Part shown: positions 14,203 through 28,309 of the stretch, one piece after another
Position numbering within the stretch: position 1 is the stretch's first letter
Layout of the letters: every line of letters starts with the position of its first letter
From: Lama glama
Taxonomy: Eukaryota
NCBI GenBank assembly: GCA_028534125.1
Contig: CM052818.1
Span: 25,546,001 to 25,610,000, forward strand
Direction: 5' to 3'
Length of the DNA stretch: 64,000 bases
Notes under the pieces: model-generated
Told to the model about the DNA's origin: nothing
The model's database searches: none
What the model saw: only the letters and a program-made list of their open reading frames with translations
Position numbers and translations under genes: made by a program

Positions 14203-15469
14203 TTGGGGTGGGGGGTGATGGGATAAACTTGATGCAGGCTTGAGTGGCAACTAATGGTTGCCAAAAAGCCTTCTAAGAAGGGTGAGTCTGGTTTTATTGT
14301 GAGATTTTTGTTTTGCTGAGTGGTGTAGCCAGTGAGAGGCCAGAGCTGACCTGCTCTGGACCCTGGATGGGAGGCCTAGTACTACCCTCGAGACTCCTCT
14401 GTTTCCACTCTACCTCCATGAAGGAGTCAGCCTCTGTTCCATTCAAATGTTGAATAATGAAAGAAGATCCGTTTGATTGAGGGCCAAAATTTTAGTCTGC
14501 CTCAGATCTCTCCAACCAGCTCTGCTTGTTGGACCTTAATTTTGTATCTCAGGAGCCCATTCTCCCTAACTCCAGCTCATCAGTTCTGCAGATCACTACC
14601 TCACCCTATCCGTTTCTTCTTCTGAACCTTGAAGAGGCTACCTGGGTGGGGCTCCCTACATGTCCCTGTACAAGTTAGACTCTAGTCGATGTGATTTTGC
14701 TACTTGTAACAGCTAATGTCTGGACTAGCTGGATTTACTTGATTTGTTTCTCTGTTTCATAGTATTTCAAATAAAACCTCAGAGTAGTCAGTATGTGTGA
14801 TACAGATGTGTAGATGATCACAGTTCATGCATTTCATCAAACACTTGCCCATGTACCTTTGTTCCTCCCATCTTCTATGCTTCAAATATCTTTCCTTACC
14901 TAATGAAATATTTCTCATCCTTCAAGGCTCAATTCAAGCACTGCCTTCTCTATGAAGCCTACCCTGGTCCTCCAAGTCATCATTAGTCAGCCCTTCTACT
15001 ACATTCTCATACCATGTTGTTAGTGTCTCTCCCTGCTGGGATTTATAGGCAGTAGTCTCTGTGTCTGTTTCCCACACAACACTATAAACTAACTAGGGCA
15101 GGCATTATTTCTTATTCATATCCATTGCACCTGGTGAGTATCTGGTTCTTACCAAATGAGAGTGCTGGACTTTAAGCCTCAGGATAAACATAGATTATCT
15201 CTTTATAGTACCAATTTTACCCAATGGTAAGCAATTTTTAAAATTACTATATATTTTTAAAGGCTCAGATATTTCATAGTAAGGTATGCAAAGTTAGCTC
15301 GAGTTTTAAAGATAAATACATTTATATCATTTGTTCACATTCCTCTGATATGAAAAGTTTGAGAACTTTTTACAGTGGGCACTCAACTCAAATTTGAGTT
15401 GAATTTAATTAAATTCCAGAGGATGTTTATGGTTAATGATTTCTTTCCCTAGAGAAAACATTAGGGAGA

Positions 15470-15770
15470 GGTTGGTAATAGGATACAAACTCTCAGTTTT
15501 AAAATGAATAAGGCCTGAGGATCTAATGTATAACATGATGACTGTAGTTGATGAGACAGAATTGTGTGATTGAAATTTGCTGAGAGTAGAACTTAAATGT
15601 TAGCACCAAAAAAAAAGACAAAGGTAAATGTGTGAGGTGATGGGTGTGTTAATTAACTCAGTAAGGGAGATCCTTTTACAATGTATACATATGTCAAATC
15701 ATCACGTTGCACACTTTGAATACCTTACAATTTTATTTATCAATTATGCCTCAGTAAAGCTGGGGAAAAA
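15470..15770 (+). mobile_element. L1MA-type 3' end
   Basis: ggatacaaactctcagtt...gaggatctaatgtataacatg...tcaattatgcctcagtaaagctgg. Confidence 0.75.
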
Positions 15771-17744
15771 GAAAACAACACAGAACTTTATTTATTTCTA
15801 CTAATAGCAAGGAGACACATTTAAAAAAAGTAATGAGGTAGAAAGGCAAGCTGGAAAAATCAGTGCAATGTCACCTAAATTGTAAATTTTGTTTTAACAA
15901 AAGTTCACTATCTAAACATGTAGGCTGAGAAATCTTTCATGGCACTACCCTTTGGTAAGGACGAAAAGCTTCTTTGTATTTAAAAATACATATATTATGC
16001 ATTATACACACAAAATAGCATGTATAATATATGTACAAGGTTAGTCTTCAAAGGCTTTATAGCATCTAAGTAAATTTTTAAATAAATAATAAATATTTAT
16101 CAAGTGAAATATCTTTGAGACTTCATTGTCTTACCTCACTTATGAAGCCACTGCCAACAAATAGGAGGTGAGACTAATACTGGATTTTTGGGTAGGGTAT
16201 ATTAGTTTACAGCCAAATAGAAATGCACCAGCCATGACATTATTTGTAAGCCTGGCTTCATACTACGTTACTTAGAAACAAAATTACAAAAATAACTTTA
16301 AAGCAAATACATGCTCAGTGTAGAAGAATTGAGAACCTGACCTATTTTACCACCATTCTCTTTCCTACTCTTCGCAGAGTCAGTAGGACACCAAATGGGT
16401 CAGGAATTACTAGAGGACAATAGAGGGCAAGAGGGTGTGGCAGACCAGGAGTGAAGCACACACCTGAGTGACTGACACTGGCTTTCCACTGACTGTTCAC
16501 GGGACTCACTGCAGTGAGGGGCTGATGTACTGCCCAAACTCTGAGTTTTATCTTACAAGTGCAGTTTCAGAGCTTTAATCTCCCAGTGTCTTTTGTGAAA
16601 GCAGCGACCTTCCACTCAATTCCATTTGACTTTAGCACCATCTTTTTAATAGCATATTATTTCATCAACCATCCCCCAACAAATCTGAATCGAATAGTCT
16701 TACCTCCTTTTTATATCTTATTCTGTCATACACATTAGTATTCCTATGATCATTTATTTAGTCACACATTAATTATAGGCTTCTCACCTACCAATGAAAA
16801 TCTTGATCAGGATACTTCGGTGATACCTAAAGTTCAGGCGTCCAAACACCATAGACAAACCCCTTCTTGATCTTGCCCCTACCTAGCTCTGCAAACTCAT
16901 GTTTAGTCACTTCCATATATATGCTGGGCTCCTGTCACAAAGACAGCCTTGTGGTTCCCTGTCCTTTCTGGCCTCTAGGATTTACAGATGTTATTTTCTC
17001 TGTGGATATCCTTCCCCTGCCCTGGGCAAAGTGTCAGACTCCTTGTGTCCATCAAGACTCTGGGCGAGTATCACTCTTCCTTATCTTGACATGTCTCAGT
17101 AAAATTAGTCCCTGCTTTTCTGTGCTGCCATTGCATCTTGTCTGCACTTCTATTATAGTATTTATGTTAAATTACTAATTTAAAAAATCTTACTCCTACA
17201 AGGTGAAGGGTCTGTATACTCTCAGGGTATGCATAAATCCCTTGAATTATAGGCAGAATTCTATGCGGATTCATTTTCTTCTGGGGGGAAGGTTCAGATC
17301 TTGCATCAGATCCTCAAAAGCATCCATATTTACTCTGTCAAAACCAAATTAAGAACTATTCCACTAAATTATGAGTAAAGAATGAGTGAAATCTATTCTT
17401 TGAGTCTCTACAGTTAGTTACCAAATAATGGCTGAATGAGCATTTCAGTCATTATTTAAAGACAGACATTTATACTAGTAAAGATATATAGTAAATTCAA
17501 CCTCCTCTATTCATTGACGTTTTTAAGTAGACAGAAAGTGTGATATAGTGCAGAGTACATTGGACAAAAGGAAAGATTTGGACGGGTTTACGTCAAACTG
17601 CTAACAGTGGTTATGCTTGGAAAGAGGGATGGGCTTTTACATTTTACTTCTACTCTTCTGTCTTGATCAAGTGTGTTTGTTTCACAGTGTGTACTTTTTA
17701 GATTTGAAATTTAAAAATAATGCTTTGAACAACGGGACTTCTCT

Positions 17745-17855
17745 CTCTTTTTAATTTTTTTATTGAACTATAGTCAGTTACAATGTGTCAATTTCTGGTG
17801 TACAGCACAATGTCCCAGTTATGCATTTACACACATATATTCGTTTTTCATATTT
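17745..17855 (-). mobile_element. Short L1 3' end
   Basis: ttttattgaactatagtcagttacaatgtgtc; flanking gggactt(c/t)tctct direct repeats. Confidence 0.75.
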
Positions 17856-18447
17856 GGGACTTTTCTCTGAAGTGCATTAAACATCTAGCTTCAAATTCTA
17901 GTTCTGTTACTTATTTAGTTTTGTGACCCTGGAACCTTATAACTTAACCTTTGTAAGCCTGTTTCCTCAACTGTAAAAGGAGGATAAGACTTACCCATCC
18001 CACATAGTTATTCTGTCACAAAGCCTAATATAAAGTAGGGGCTCAGTAACTATTAGTTGAATGTAAAGTAAATGTTGTCATTCTTAAGGTTTTTTGGGTT
18101 TTTTTTTTGCAATTCTCAAAGACATCCAAAATAGAACTCAATTCAACCATAGTTCATTATTGTCTCAATACTGTGAGCGAGTATTCGTAAATGCAAAGAA
18201 AGTCTGATGTAACATGGCTGTTAGCTCTGACTGCTCACTAATAAAGGACTCCCATAACACGTTCATTTGTTTGTATTTAAACAAAGAAGGGTTACAGAAT
18301 TCTTCAAAACAATTTGGAATATTTGTACCTCAAGAATGAAATACAAGAACTGGTTTAAACTAAGTAAAGTACAAGTACATTGATTTAACTAAGCCTCAGT
18401 TTATCTGCGTTCTTACTAGTAAAAAGTTCTTTGCAATTTTCACTCAC

Positions 18448-18517
18448 CTTGTGGCCTGACTCCACCAGTAGTCATCACACCATGTTTTGCGAAGCTTTCT
18501 TGATGTCTTTAGAGATT
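18448..18517 (-). other. ARHGEF33: Probable second 5'UTR exon of ARHGEF33 (70 nt)
   Basis: Poly-T+ATAG acceptor and AAG|gtgagt donor in unique sequence; identity by synteny. Confidence 0.6.
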
Positions 18518-19461
18518 CTATAAAAAAAAAATGCCATTGATAATGACAGGTACCTTGTAATTTATACCATCCTTTTTTCCTATAATTTCAGAACTGAAAG
18601 TGTTTATTATATATGCAATTGTTTAAAATTTCTAATAGTTAAAAATACGGAAGAAAAAGTTCTTGTTTCTCTTAGTCTTTTAATTTTTAAGTCACTTGGC
18701 ATTGAGTAGGCGTAATGACCTTGGTATTTGTATCTTTGGGGTGACTAATAAAAATAAATTCTTATGTATTTAGAAACGTAGGTGGAATACTCTTAACAGG
18801 GCTTAGGGGGCTTCGCTGAATCAGAATTCAAAGCAGTTTATTTGACCCAAAAATAATTTTAGCCAAAAAGCTAGAGATTTTCCTATGTATCCCACATTAA
18901 ATGAAATCACCCACATCAAGTGACAAGTGAAATAGGTTTGTAATGGGTTTTTCTGTAGGGGCTAATGGAGGTGATCTACAGTCAAAATTAAGCACAAATT
19001 CATTTAGACAACACTGTGAATTATATGGCTTTTGTGAGCAGTACAGCAGGTTCTAAGCCAGCTACATGTTTTATTATTTTTCATTATCCAAAGCTTCATG
19101 GGCAGTTTGGCCAAGTCTCTGAATCTTTGGGCTTTCAGTTTCTTGACCTGTATAATTGGCACAATAGTGATAATAGCTCACAGTGCAGATGTGAGGATTA
19201 AGGGAGAAGAAGGCTAGAGGGCGGAGGCCAGGATGCAGGAGTGAGCAGTGGGAGGAACAGAGTCTTACTTAGCCACCTTGTCATTTTGTCAAGGTCCCTG
19301 TCCTTTATCCTAAGTGAATCTATGTTTATTCCCAGCTTGACTTGTTCTTCTCTTCCTCTTAAATTGACAGAAATTTTTTTCTTAAAAGATTCTTTTCTGT
19401 GCAGATGTTGTTCATTGTCCTAAAGGAATAGAAGAGGCAAATGTAAGGCCTTACTGGCTCT

Positions 19462-19922
19462 ATCAGTCACTGCTAGTTGCCACTCACTGTCCATTTTCCC
19501 TATTTTCCTTAGTAACCCGGTTAGAAAGCTATCTCCCCCCTTCTCCTTCACAGCTAGGTGTAGCCATGGGAATAGATTCTACCCATGAGGCATAAGTAGA
19601 AATAGTGTGAGTGACTTCTGGGAAGTCTCCTTAAAAGAGAGATCACATCTTTTTCTTCCCATTCCTCCTTCCTGCTGGATGAACACCAGTGAGATAGGTG
19701 GAGTCCTAGCAACCTTCTTGGACCAAGAGGTGAGACACCAAGAAAAGCAGATAGAAGAGACCTGGGTCCTTCACACCAAGGAACTGCTGGAATAGCTGTA
19801 GATTGCCTATCTATGGCCTTTTTCTTTTTTTAAATAGAAGAGAGAAATAAACTTCTAGCTTATTTAAGCCCCTATGATTCTGGTTTTTCCATCATATATA
19901 GATGAGCCCAAACTTACTGATG
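19462..19922 (+). mobile_element. MLT1-type (ERVL-MaLR) LTR
   Basis: cagctaggtgtagccatg...cttctgggaagtctccttaaa...gagagaaataaacttct...tttaagcc. Confidence 0.7.
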
Positions 19923-20244
19923 TGCTGGTCCTCTAGGAAGTTGTCTCCAATCAAGAACCCTTTTTAATTCTTGAAAGTGTTCTTACATTTCCTTTGATTC
20001 TATGTGTACTTTCTACACATTAACAACAAATTCTCCACTCTTCAGAAGCCTCTAGTGTGTCCCTCCAGTCTTGTTTTTACCCTTTCTCTCTTGCACCCCC
20101 ACCCCCATATTTTGGATATTTTACACTCATTTGGGCTCCTCAGATAGGAACTTGGAAAATAGGGCCACTCTATTTGGGAAGAAAGAAGGAATTTGGCTAA
20201 AATTAAGTTTTTAGCTTTTTTGTGGATTATAGGAAAAGAAGATT

Positions 20245-20900
20245 TCATTTCAATTCAACAAACATTTCTTAAGCACATACTGTGTAAAAGGCATTGTGCC
20301 AGGTGCTGGGAGAAATATAAAGATGACATTCTTCCTGCTTCAAGGAGCTTACAGTCAAGTAGGGAAGATGAGGCACACAAATAACTGCAGTGTATGATAG
20401 ATTAGAGTAAATGCAATAAGAAAAGTATAAAGAGCCTGAAACTTGCAGAGGAGAAAAGATGAGTTACAGTTGTGGGGATCAGAGAAAATTTCATGAAGAA
20501 AATAGGATGTGAGCTGGGCTTTGAACAATATGTCTAAATGGCAAAAAGGGGATCAGCAAAGGAACACAGGTAGAAAGTTACAAGGCATAGGTAGATTTAG
20601 GGATCCCAGGGAGCATCGAGGGTAGAGTAGACGGTAAGGCTGGCCTGGTGGATTAGAGACAGATAGAGGGCTGTGATATCTTCTTGAGACCCTGCACTGC
20701 AGTGGAAAGAATAAGGAGTCACTGAAAGTTTTTAAGCAAGAGAGTAACCAGGTCACATGTCTTCAGTAAGATGGCTACAGAGGAAAGACTGGCTGCAAAG
20801 AGGCCAGGAGTAAGCACCTTTAATAATCCAAGTAAAAGATGATGTTGGCCTGAATTAGGGAAGCGACTTTTAGAAAGGAAAGGAGGGCACAGATAAAAGC
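20245..20900 (-). mobile_element. L2 LINE 3' region
   Basis: ttcattcaacaaacattt...ggcattgtgccaggtgctggg...tttaagcaagagagtaac. Confidence 0.7.
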
Positions 20901-22146
20901 AACATTCAGAAAGCTACTGCATGAACTAAATGTTTGCTTTGCCCAGGAAAAAGAGCTGAACTGCAGTTCCCTGATCCAGAAGTGGAAAATCTATCCATAA
21001 AATAAAATTTAAAATTATTCTACAGTTATTTAAACTGGGAAACTAAAAGGAGGCTGAATATGCTGTGATAACTTACTGGTTCTACAATTTTAGCAGAGCC
21101 TTAACTTTTATTTTCCCCGGATGTCCGTTGTGGGTACACTGATAACTCTGTAGGGAATGGGGAAGGAATATTGAAAGAATCTCTGCAAAGAAATGCAACC
21201 ATCCCTCTGCCCCACTGTTCATCCTTTATCCAGATGTTATGGTAAATAGTATGTGGCAGGGTATCTTACAAGGAAGGTTTCCACTTCTTCCCAATTATCC
21301 CTTTACCCACCCTTATCCACCATCTCTACCCACTGCCTCCCCACCACTCCAGTGAAATCTTAAGAGAAGGAGGAGGCTTTCTAAAGAGCATGAGTATTTT
21401 CTAATTTGTCTCTTTGTTGCTAAAACCATGCCAGCATAGCCTTTAAAAAAAAAATGGGAAGAGTTGGCATAGACCCATATGAGGGCATTGTATTCTCAGA
21501 TAGCTTTCAGATAAGTAACACCCCCTCCCCCAAATCCTAAATAGCTAATTTCTCATTCTTGGGGGATAAATTCTAGAGATTTCCTCACATGGACAAATTT
21601 GAGCACCTGATCAGCTGCCACTTTCTCTTTTTATTTTTCTGATTATTTAGGAAGATTTAAATGGGTGTTAATACCTACTAATCTTTCTTTTCTGAGTAAG
21701 GGCAGGAGCAGACAACAAAAGAATCATGACCCTACCAATCAGAATTGTCCTGTGCATTATTTTGCAATTTATGGTTCAGTTCATCTTATGTGGGGCACTG
21801 TAAGCAATAAATGAAATCAAATAAGGAGGATTTTTTTTTTCTTTCCATGATTCCCAAGGTGATTTCTGGCACTCTTGAAAGCATAAGTGATTAATCAAGT
21901 CACTGGGGATAAGCAACAGTAATATAATGGTCAAAACTATGGATATTGGTTAAATTGTGTTTCATTCTCATGTAAGTTGTATGTGTGTGTTGGGAGTTGA
22001 TCAGTGGGAGAGTTAGCATCTTCGACATTGTCCTTGAGAGAAGATTAGCAGAAATTATTCATTTAAAAGACGCTTACATTTTATAAAAATCCAGAAGCTA
22101 AGAAAAATATTGAGCAACTCATACTCTAGTCCTAAAGCTCAAAATC

Positions 22147-22315
22147 AAAGGTTCTTAATCTGGGGTCCACAGACTGTGCTTCAGGCCATCTGTAAATCTC
22201 CTGAAACTAGATGCAAAATTTGGTATGATTTTTACTTTTTTTTGCAGAGAGGATGGGCTGGTTTATAAAAATTTTTAAAGAGTGATCCTTGACCCCAAAA
22301 AAGGTTAAGAACTCC
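22147..22315. mobile_element. hAT-Charlie-type MITE (related copies ~17205-17360, ~55440-55580, ~62560-62705)
   Basis: Inverted termini ggttcttaatct...aggttaagaact. Confidence 0.6.
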
Positions 22316-23459
22316 AGCCATTAAAGAAAAAAGGAGGGAGGAGGAGGAAGGTGGGGAGAGAGAGGAAGGAGGGAGAAAAAAGAATTCAGGAATCTCATCA
22401 ATTCTGTCCCAAATCAAATCATCAAATGTATGTGAAATTTGTTCAAGTCACTTATCTGTTAACCTTTATATTTGTATTGAAAGTTAAGAATGGTATGATC
22501 ATCTTCCTTCCAAAAGCCTCTGAGATTTCAAACTGGTTTAAGTTGCATTTTCAGAGCCCATGGTATATTAGCAAAAAATGTAGATGTTACTTAAGTTCAT
22601 GGGAACTGTTTAGAATAAATGTGTCAAAAAAGTTATTTCTCTAGTATAAATTTCTGATTTTTTTTTGTTAAATCCTTCAGAAGTGCCTTCAGTTAAATGG
22701 CTATACCATTTGCAGCAAATATAATTTTGTATTGAAAGAAGCTATTTAAAAAGACAAAAGGGTTATACAAAGACAGATTTCTGTATTTTTCAGAATATTG
22801 TTTCAACATATAAAAACCCATATAATTCCAATAATAATTATAATGGATTCCTATTCTCACTTAAGAATAGAAAGATTTCAAGTGAAACCCAATTCTTATC
22901 ATGCTCCCAAAACCCCCAACAAGGGTTTAAGAAATTTTCACTAATATTCCTGTATAATTAATTAGCACATATCTTTCTACACATAAAGGATTGAACTCTG
23001 ATAGAATCCTCTATCCCTTTTCTGTGTTATGAAAGGCATAAATTAACCTCCCTCCATTCCTAATCTTTTTCATTCTTTATTCTTAATCCCAAAGAGGCAT
23101 ATACATATTGGATTTATTTGCCCTGTAAAACAAGAATTCAGCCATCTTTTCTTTAAGATTGCTCTCAAAATTTAACTCAGCTTCAACTAAATATGTAAAT
23201 ATGCAAAACTCTTCAGTCTAAACATTTCATTAGTTGATAACCTACAAAGGCAGATTATGACATATAAAAATTAAGCAAGAAAATGAATATTTTACAAACT
23301 GTTACAACTTTTGAATAAAAAGTTATTTCTTTAAATGACTATCTTAAATAAAAATTAGCAATTTTGAATCTAAATTAGTCAGGATTTATGGGATTTCTTC
23401 TCTTATGAAAATATTTGCCCTCTCAATGACTCTCAAAGCACATAAAAGCACACACTTAC

Positions 23460-23600
23460 CCCATGTTGCTTGCTGTGGTTATTATATCATTCTCGGATCA
23501 AGGCTTATGTGGATTCTGAATTAACTTAAAGGTTATAAAAAGAAGCAGTAGAGGTTTGACTTCCCCGGAAACGAGACTGTCATATGCTAACTAGGCTTTT
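23460..23600 (-). other. ARHGEF33: Probable first (5'UTR) exon of ARHGEF33; 5' end approximate
   Basis: Strong donor ATGGG|gtaagt at 23460/23459 in unique sequence, and TATA-like TTATATAA at 23629-23636. Gene identity is inferred from the known DHX57-MORN2-ARHGEF33 synteny. Confidence 0.55.
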
Positions 23601-24513
23601 AAATGAGGAAAACTAGTGTGTCTTCTAATTATATAAGCTCCAGGTCAGATTCTAGCATCAACTAATCAAATAACTGAACTGCACTTAGTTTCAAGGAGTA
23701 AAAGAAAGAAAACTGTTTTTAAGAGGAATGACTTTGGTATCTTAGAAAACTGGAAACTTGAGCATTGAAAGGTTATTTATACATCAATTAAAAGGTAAGT
23801 ATCTTTAAAGCAATGTATATATCTTCCTACCTTAAATAATTTGAAGAAAAATATTGGAAAATATTTAATTTGCAGTAAAGCAGATATTTTTCTATATTTT
23901 CCAGAAGTTTTGAATTTGTATTATTTGTCCTGGTCCCTGAAACATCCTCTCACCTTATCTTAACTTGTCCAATATTTATCTCCTTATAAACTCCAGTTCA
24001 ATAAAAATATTTAATTCTAAAACCATACCAGTTAATGCTAAGCAATATATCCGGAGATGTCTAATTTTTAAAATGTATCTTTGAACACCTAAAAATAGCG
24101 TCTTTTGAAATTAAATACAAAGCTATTATTATGACAAACTACCAAGAATACCATTTTAATTTCAATATTTTAAAAGACATTTCAACCCAGATTTATAGTA
24201 GTACAACAAAAAATAAAAATAAAAAAATTTTGGCAATGATATATTGAGAAATGCAAATTTTCCCAAGATTTTGAGGGAAGAAGTATGATACAGAAGTTAC
24301 CTATTGCATACACCATTTAGGGGGTCAGTTTGGGAAAAATAGTTTCAGCAAAAACAGTAGGGTCTTTATTTTAATTTTTGATATGTAGCTGTCATGTACT
24401 GTTTTGGTAATTTAAAAATTATTTTATCTTAAAGATATTGCAGCTTTCTAGGCATAGACTATGTGAGCATACACTGATCTACTTTTTTAAAAAATTGAGA
24501 TATAATTCACCCA

Positions 24514-25076
24514 TGTCAGGGAGAAATAAAATTTCCCCTACCCTTCTAGGCTTTACTGGCTGGTCTAAGAATTACAGATTTGACATGAGACAGAGTAACA
24601 GGAGAAAATCAAACAGAAATTTAATAACATAACATGGGAGAGAATCAGGAAAACTGAGTAGCTCACTAAAATGGCTAAAGCCTTCACCTTAAATACCATC
24701 TTCAGCTAAAGACAAAAGAGGATATTGAAGGTAATAGTTTGGGGCTTCAGAGGGGAGGAAGACAATTCATGTGGAGATGGAAAAGCAAAAGTTTGGTAAA
24801 GAAATGTTTGTGGGGCCATGCTGAGACAGTGAGACAGGAATGAACTTGAAACTCTAGGCCTTGCAGTTTCCCTGCCCCCACCTAGCCTAAAGTGTTTGCA
24901 GGTATGTCTGGTATACCTCTATTCTGGGAACAGGTCCTTTATCTAAATTCTTTAGGCAGCTAAGGGGGAGGGAAAAAGAAAGACTTCAGAAGACTTCTAT
25001 TTCTTAAAAATAATCACCCTAAATTATTCCTTATGCCAAAGACCCATTTTGGGGTGGTGAATTTTTCTCCGGTACA
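24514..25076 (-). mobile_element. ERV1 MER4-group (MER34/39-like) solo LTR inserted in an L1MB 3' end
   Basis: TG...CA termini with imperfect inverted ends (tgtcagggagaaa / tttctccggtaca) and ttatgccaaag...ttttggggtgg motif. Splits ttgagatataattcac|...cataaaa. Confidence 0.7.
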
Positions 25077-25990
25077 TATGACTTACATAAAACTTCCCTT
25101 TTAATATGAACAATTCAGTGATTTTTAGTATTTATAAGGTTGTACTACAAATAATTCTAGACTATTTGCATGACCCCAAAAAGAAACCCAGTGCCTCCCA
25201 ATTCCTCCATCCCTGGCAACCACTAATCTATTTCCTATCTCTATGGATTTACCTGTTCTGGACATTTGATATAAAAGGCCATGTATTATGTGGCCTTTTG
25301 TGACTGGCTTTTTTCACTTAGTACAATGTTTTCAAGTTTATTTATGTAGCAAGTTTATTTATGTTATGTGTTAGTACTTCATTCCTTTTTATGGTGGAAT
25401 AATATTCCATTGTACAGATTTATTACATTTTATTTATCCATTTGTCAGTTGATGAACATCCAGGCTGTTTCCAGTACTGGGATAATGTGAATAATGCTGC
25501 TATAAACACTTGTATATGAGTCAGTTCTCTTGAGTGCGTACATAGGAATTGTGGGGTCATATGGTAATTACATGTCAGTTTTTTGAGAAACTGTTTTCAC
25601 AGTGGCTGTGCCATTTTTCATTCCTACCAGAAATGTTTGAGGTTTCCAATTTTTCCACATCCTTGCCAATCTTTGTAATTCTCTTTTTTTAATATAGCCA
25701 TCCTAGTGATTGTGAAGTGGTACCTTATTATGGGTTTAATTCACATTTCCATAAAGAGTAATGATGTTGAGCATCTTTTCATTTGCTTATCAGACACTTC
25801 TGTATCTTCTTTGAAGACATGTCTATTTAAAGCCTTTGCCCATTTTTAAATTGGGTTGTCTTTTTTTAATATATATATATATATTTATATATATGAGTTC
25901 TGTATATATTCTAGAAACTTTATCAGTATATGATTCACAAATATTTTCTCCCACTCTGTGGACTGTCCTCATTTTTTGGGTAGTTTCCTT
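25077..25990 (-). mobile_element. L1MB-type 3' region
   Basis: cctggcaaccactaatct...tgactggctt...aatgatgttgagcatcttttcat. Confidence 0.8.
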
Positions 25991-26180
25991 TAACATATAG
26001 ACATACTTCTTAAAGATGACGAAACTCAGGTACAGGATTGGAAATTGACTTTGTCAAGATCTGAATAGTTTGGCTGCATTTATTAAAATGAGCAAACTCT
26101 CAATTAAATCACATAATTTATTTTAAACTAGTTATAAGATAATGAAAAGAAAGTTCAAAAAGGCATAAGTGAGTGATGGT

Positions 26181-26186
26181 TTTATT
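26181..26186 (-). terminator. MORN2: MORN2 polyadenylation signal AATAAA
   Basis: tttatt on + strand ~115 nt past the stop, followed on the minus strand by a U-rich tract. Confidence 0.7.
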
Positions 26187-26299
26187 GGCAAAATTATAAT
26201 ATGTAGGTCGTGTATGAAGTTATTTCAGATGACAGATTTAGTTGTTTTTCTTACAACTAAAAGCTTCAATTACCACGTTAAAACTTGAATGCAGAATAT

Positions 26300-26479
<180 letters not shown>

Positions 26480-27284
26480 TTATATACTATGTATGAAGAA
26501 TTATATCTTTCCACTTTAAACTCTAATTTAAAACCTGGCATCCTGCTTTCATATCCTACAAAAAAAAATACTACTATTCCAAACAAATATTGTCATTATA
26601 CAAATTTTGGTGTCTAAGATTTTAAGATCACATATGTTTAATTTATACAAAACCAAGACAATCAGTCAAAAAATGAAAAGCTTATATTGGTTATCTGGCT
26701 TAATTAGTTCATTCATTTATTCAACAAATATTTATGGACCTTTAACTGTGTCTGAGGTGCTATGCTCTAAGCTGGTGTTTTCTTGGACTCTTTGCAGTGG
26801 TGAAAAATCACTTCACATAACCACATAGACCTTTATCCCATGGGTTAGAGTTTTCTCCCTTTATTAATATCAGTGGAAAAAGTTTATATGTTGTTGTCAA
26901 AAACTTGGCATCAGAATACTTTTCTACCCTTCTGAATATGTATCAACTACTTTGTAACAACTAGGTTGCACTTTCAATTCTGGAAGTAATGAAGGGGTAG
27001 TTTTATAAATGAAGATGAGCCTCTGGATGGCATGGTGTACTGCTCTGTGTGAGGGTTAAGCTTATAAAGCTGTGCTAATGTTTCCCTTCACTTTCATTTT
27101 TCTTATAATCATATGCTCATAAAGGACGACAGTGGGTACATTTTCACAGTTTGAAAATTAACTAATTTTGCTTACATTTTAAAAATTAGCCTAGTAAAAA
27201 TGTATACACATATCAAGTCAAAATGAAATAAAAAATTACGAAATTATCCCCAAGGCTGCTTTTTTAAAAAGTTTATCAATGACA

Positions 27285-27780
27285 AATGGTAACTAGATTT
27301 ATGGTAGTGATCATTTTTTGTAATGTATAGAAATATCAAATCCCTATGTTGTACGCCAGGTACTAACATGGTGTTGAAGATCAATTATACTTCAAAAAAC
27401 AAACAAACTCATAGAAAAAGAGATCAGATGTGTGGTTGGGGGTGGGGGTGGCGATTGGTTGAAGGTAGTCAAAAGGTACAAACTTCTGGTTATAAGATAA
27501 AGAAGTATGAGGGATGTGATGCACATGATGTAATTAACACTGCTCTATGTTATATAAGAAAGTTAAGAGAGTAAATCCTTAGTTCTTATCACAAGGAAAA
27601 AAACTATTTTTTTCTTTTTCTTTTGTATCTATGTGAGATGATGGATGCTCACTAAACGTAATTGTGATAATCATTTCATGATGTATGTAAGTCAAATCAT
27701 TATGCTGTATACCTTGAACTTATACACTGCTGTATGTGAATTATATCTCAAACTGGAAAAAAAAATTAAAACTAAAAAAA
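27285..27780 (+). mobile_element. L1 3' end in MORN2 intron 4
   Basis: aaatccctatgttgtacgccagg...caaaaggtacaaacttctggttataagata...ttatatctcaa plus A tail. Confidence 0.8.
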
Positions 27781-28147
27781 AATTTTATCAGTATATTTCA
27801 AGTCAAAATAATTTTGGCCTAAATATTCTCAATAATTGCAATAAGCTTTCCATTTCCAGTACGACTACAAAAAGTTCTATAGGAATAGAGGAGTCAAGAG
27901 GAAATAAATGAAAAGTCTAATAAATTAGCACCAAGAATGATATTTTGTTTTAGAGGCTCATGATGGCCTTAGCCTCTCATTAACATTTTTTCTTTCCCAA
28001 AATACAACATGACAATTCTTACGAAATATATTATAAATGTATTTTAACTAGATACATTACAAAAGGTATTTAGCATTCCCTAAATTTTAAACAAATGTGC
28101 CTGAAAAGAATCTTTTAGAACTACAATGACTTTTTATTTTAAGCTTA

Positions 28148-28309
<162 letters not shown>

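Noticed and set aside
1..18440. ARHGEF33 coding exons
   Set aside because: No RhoGEF or ARHGEF33 N-terminal coding sequence was recognised; the CDS probably starts left of the window. Short ORFs here fall in repeats or random intron.
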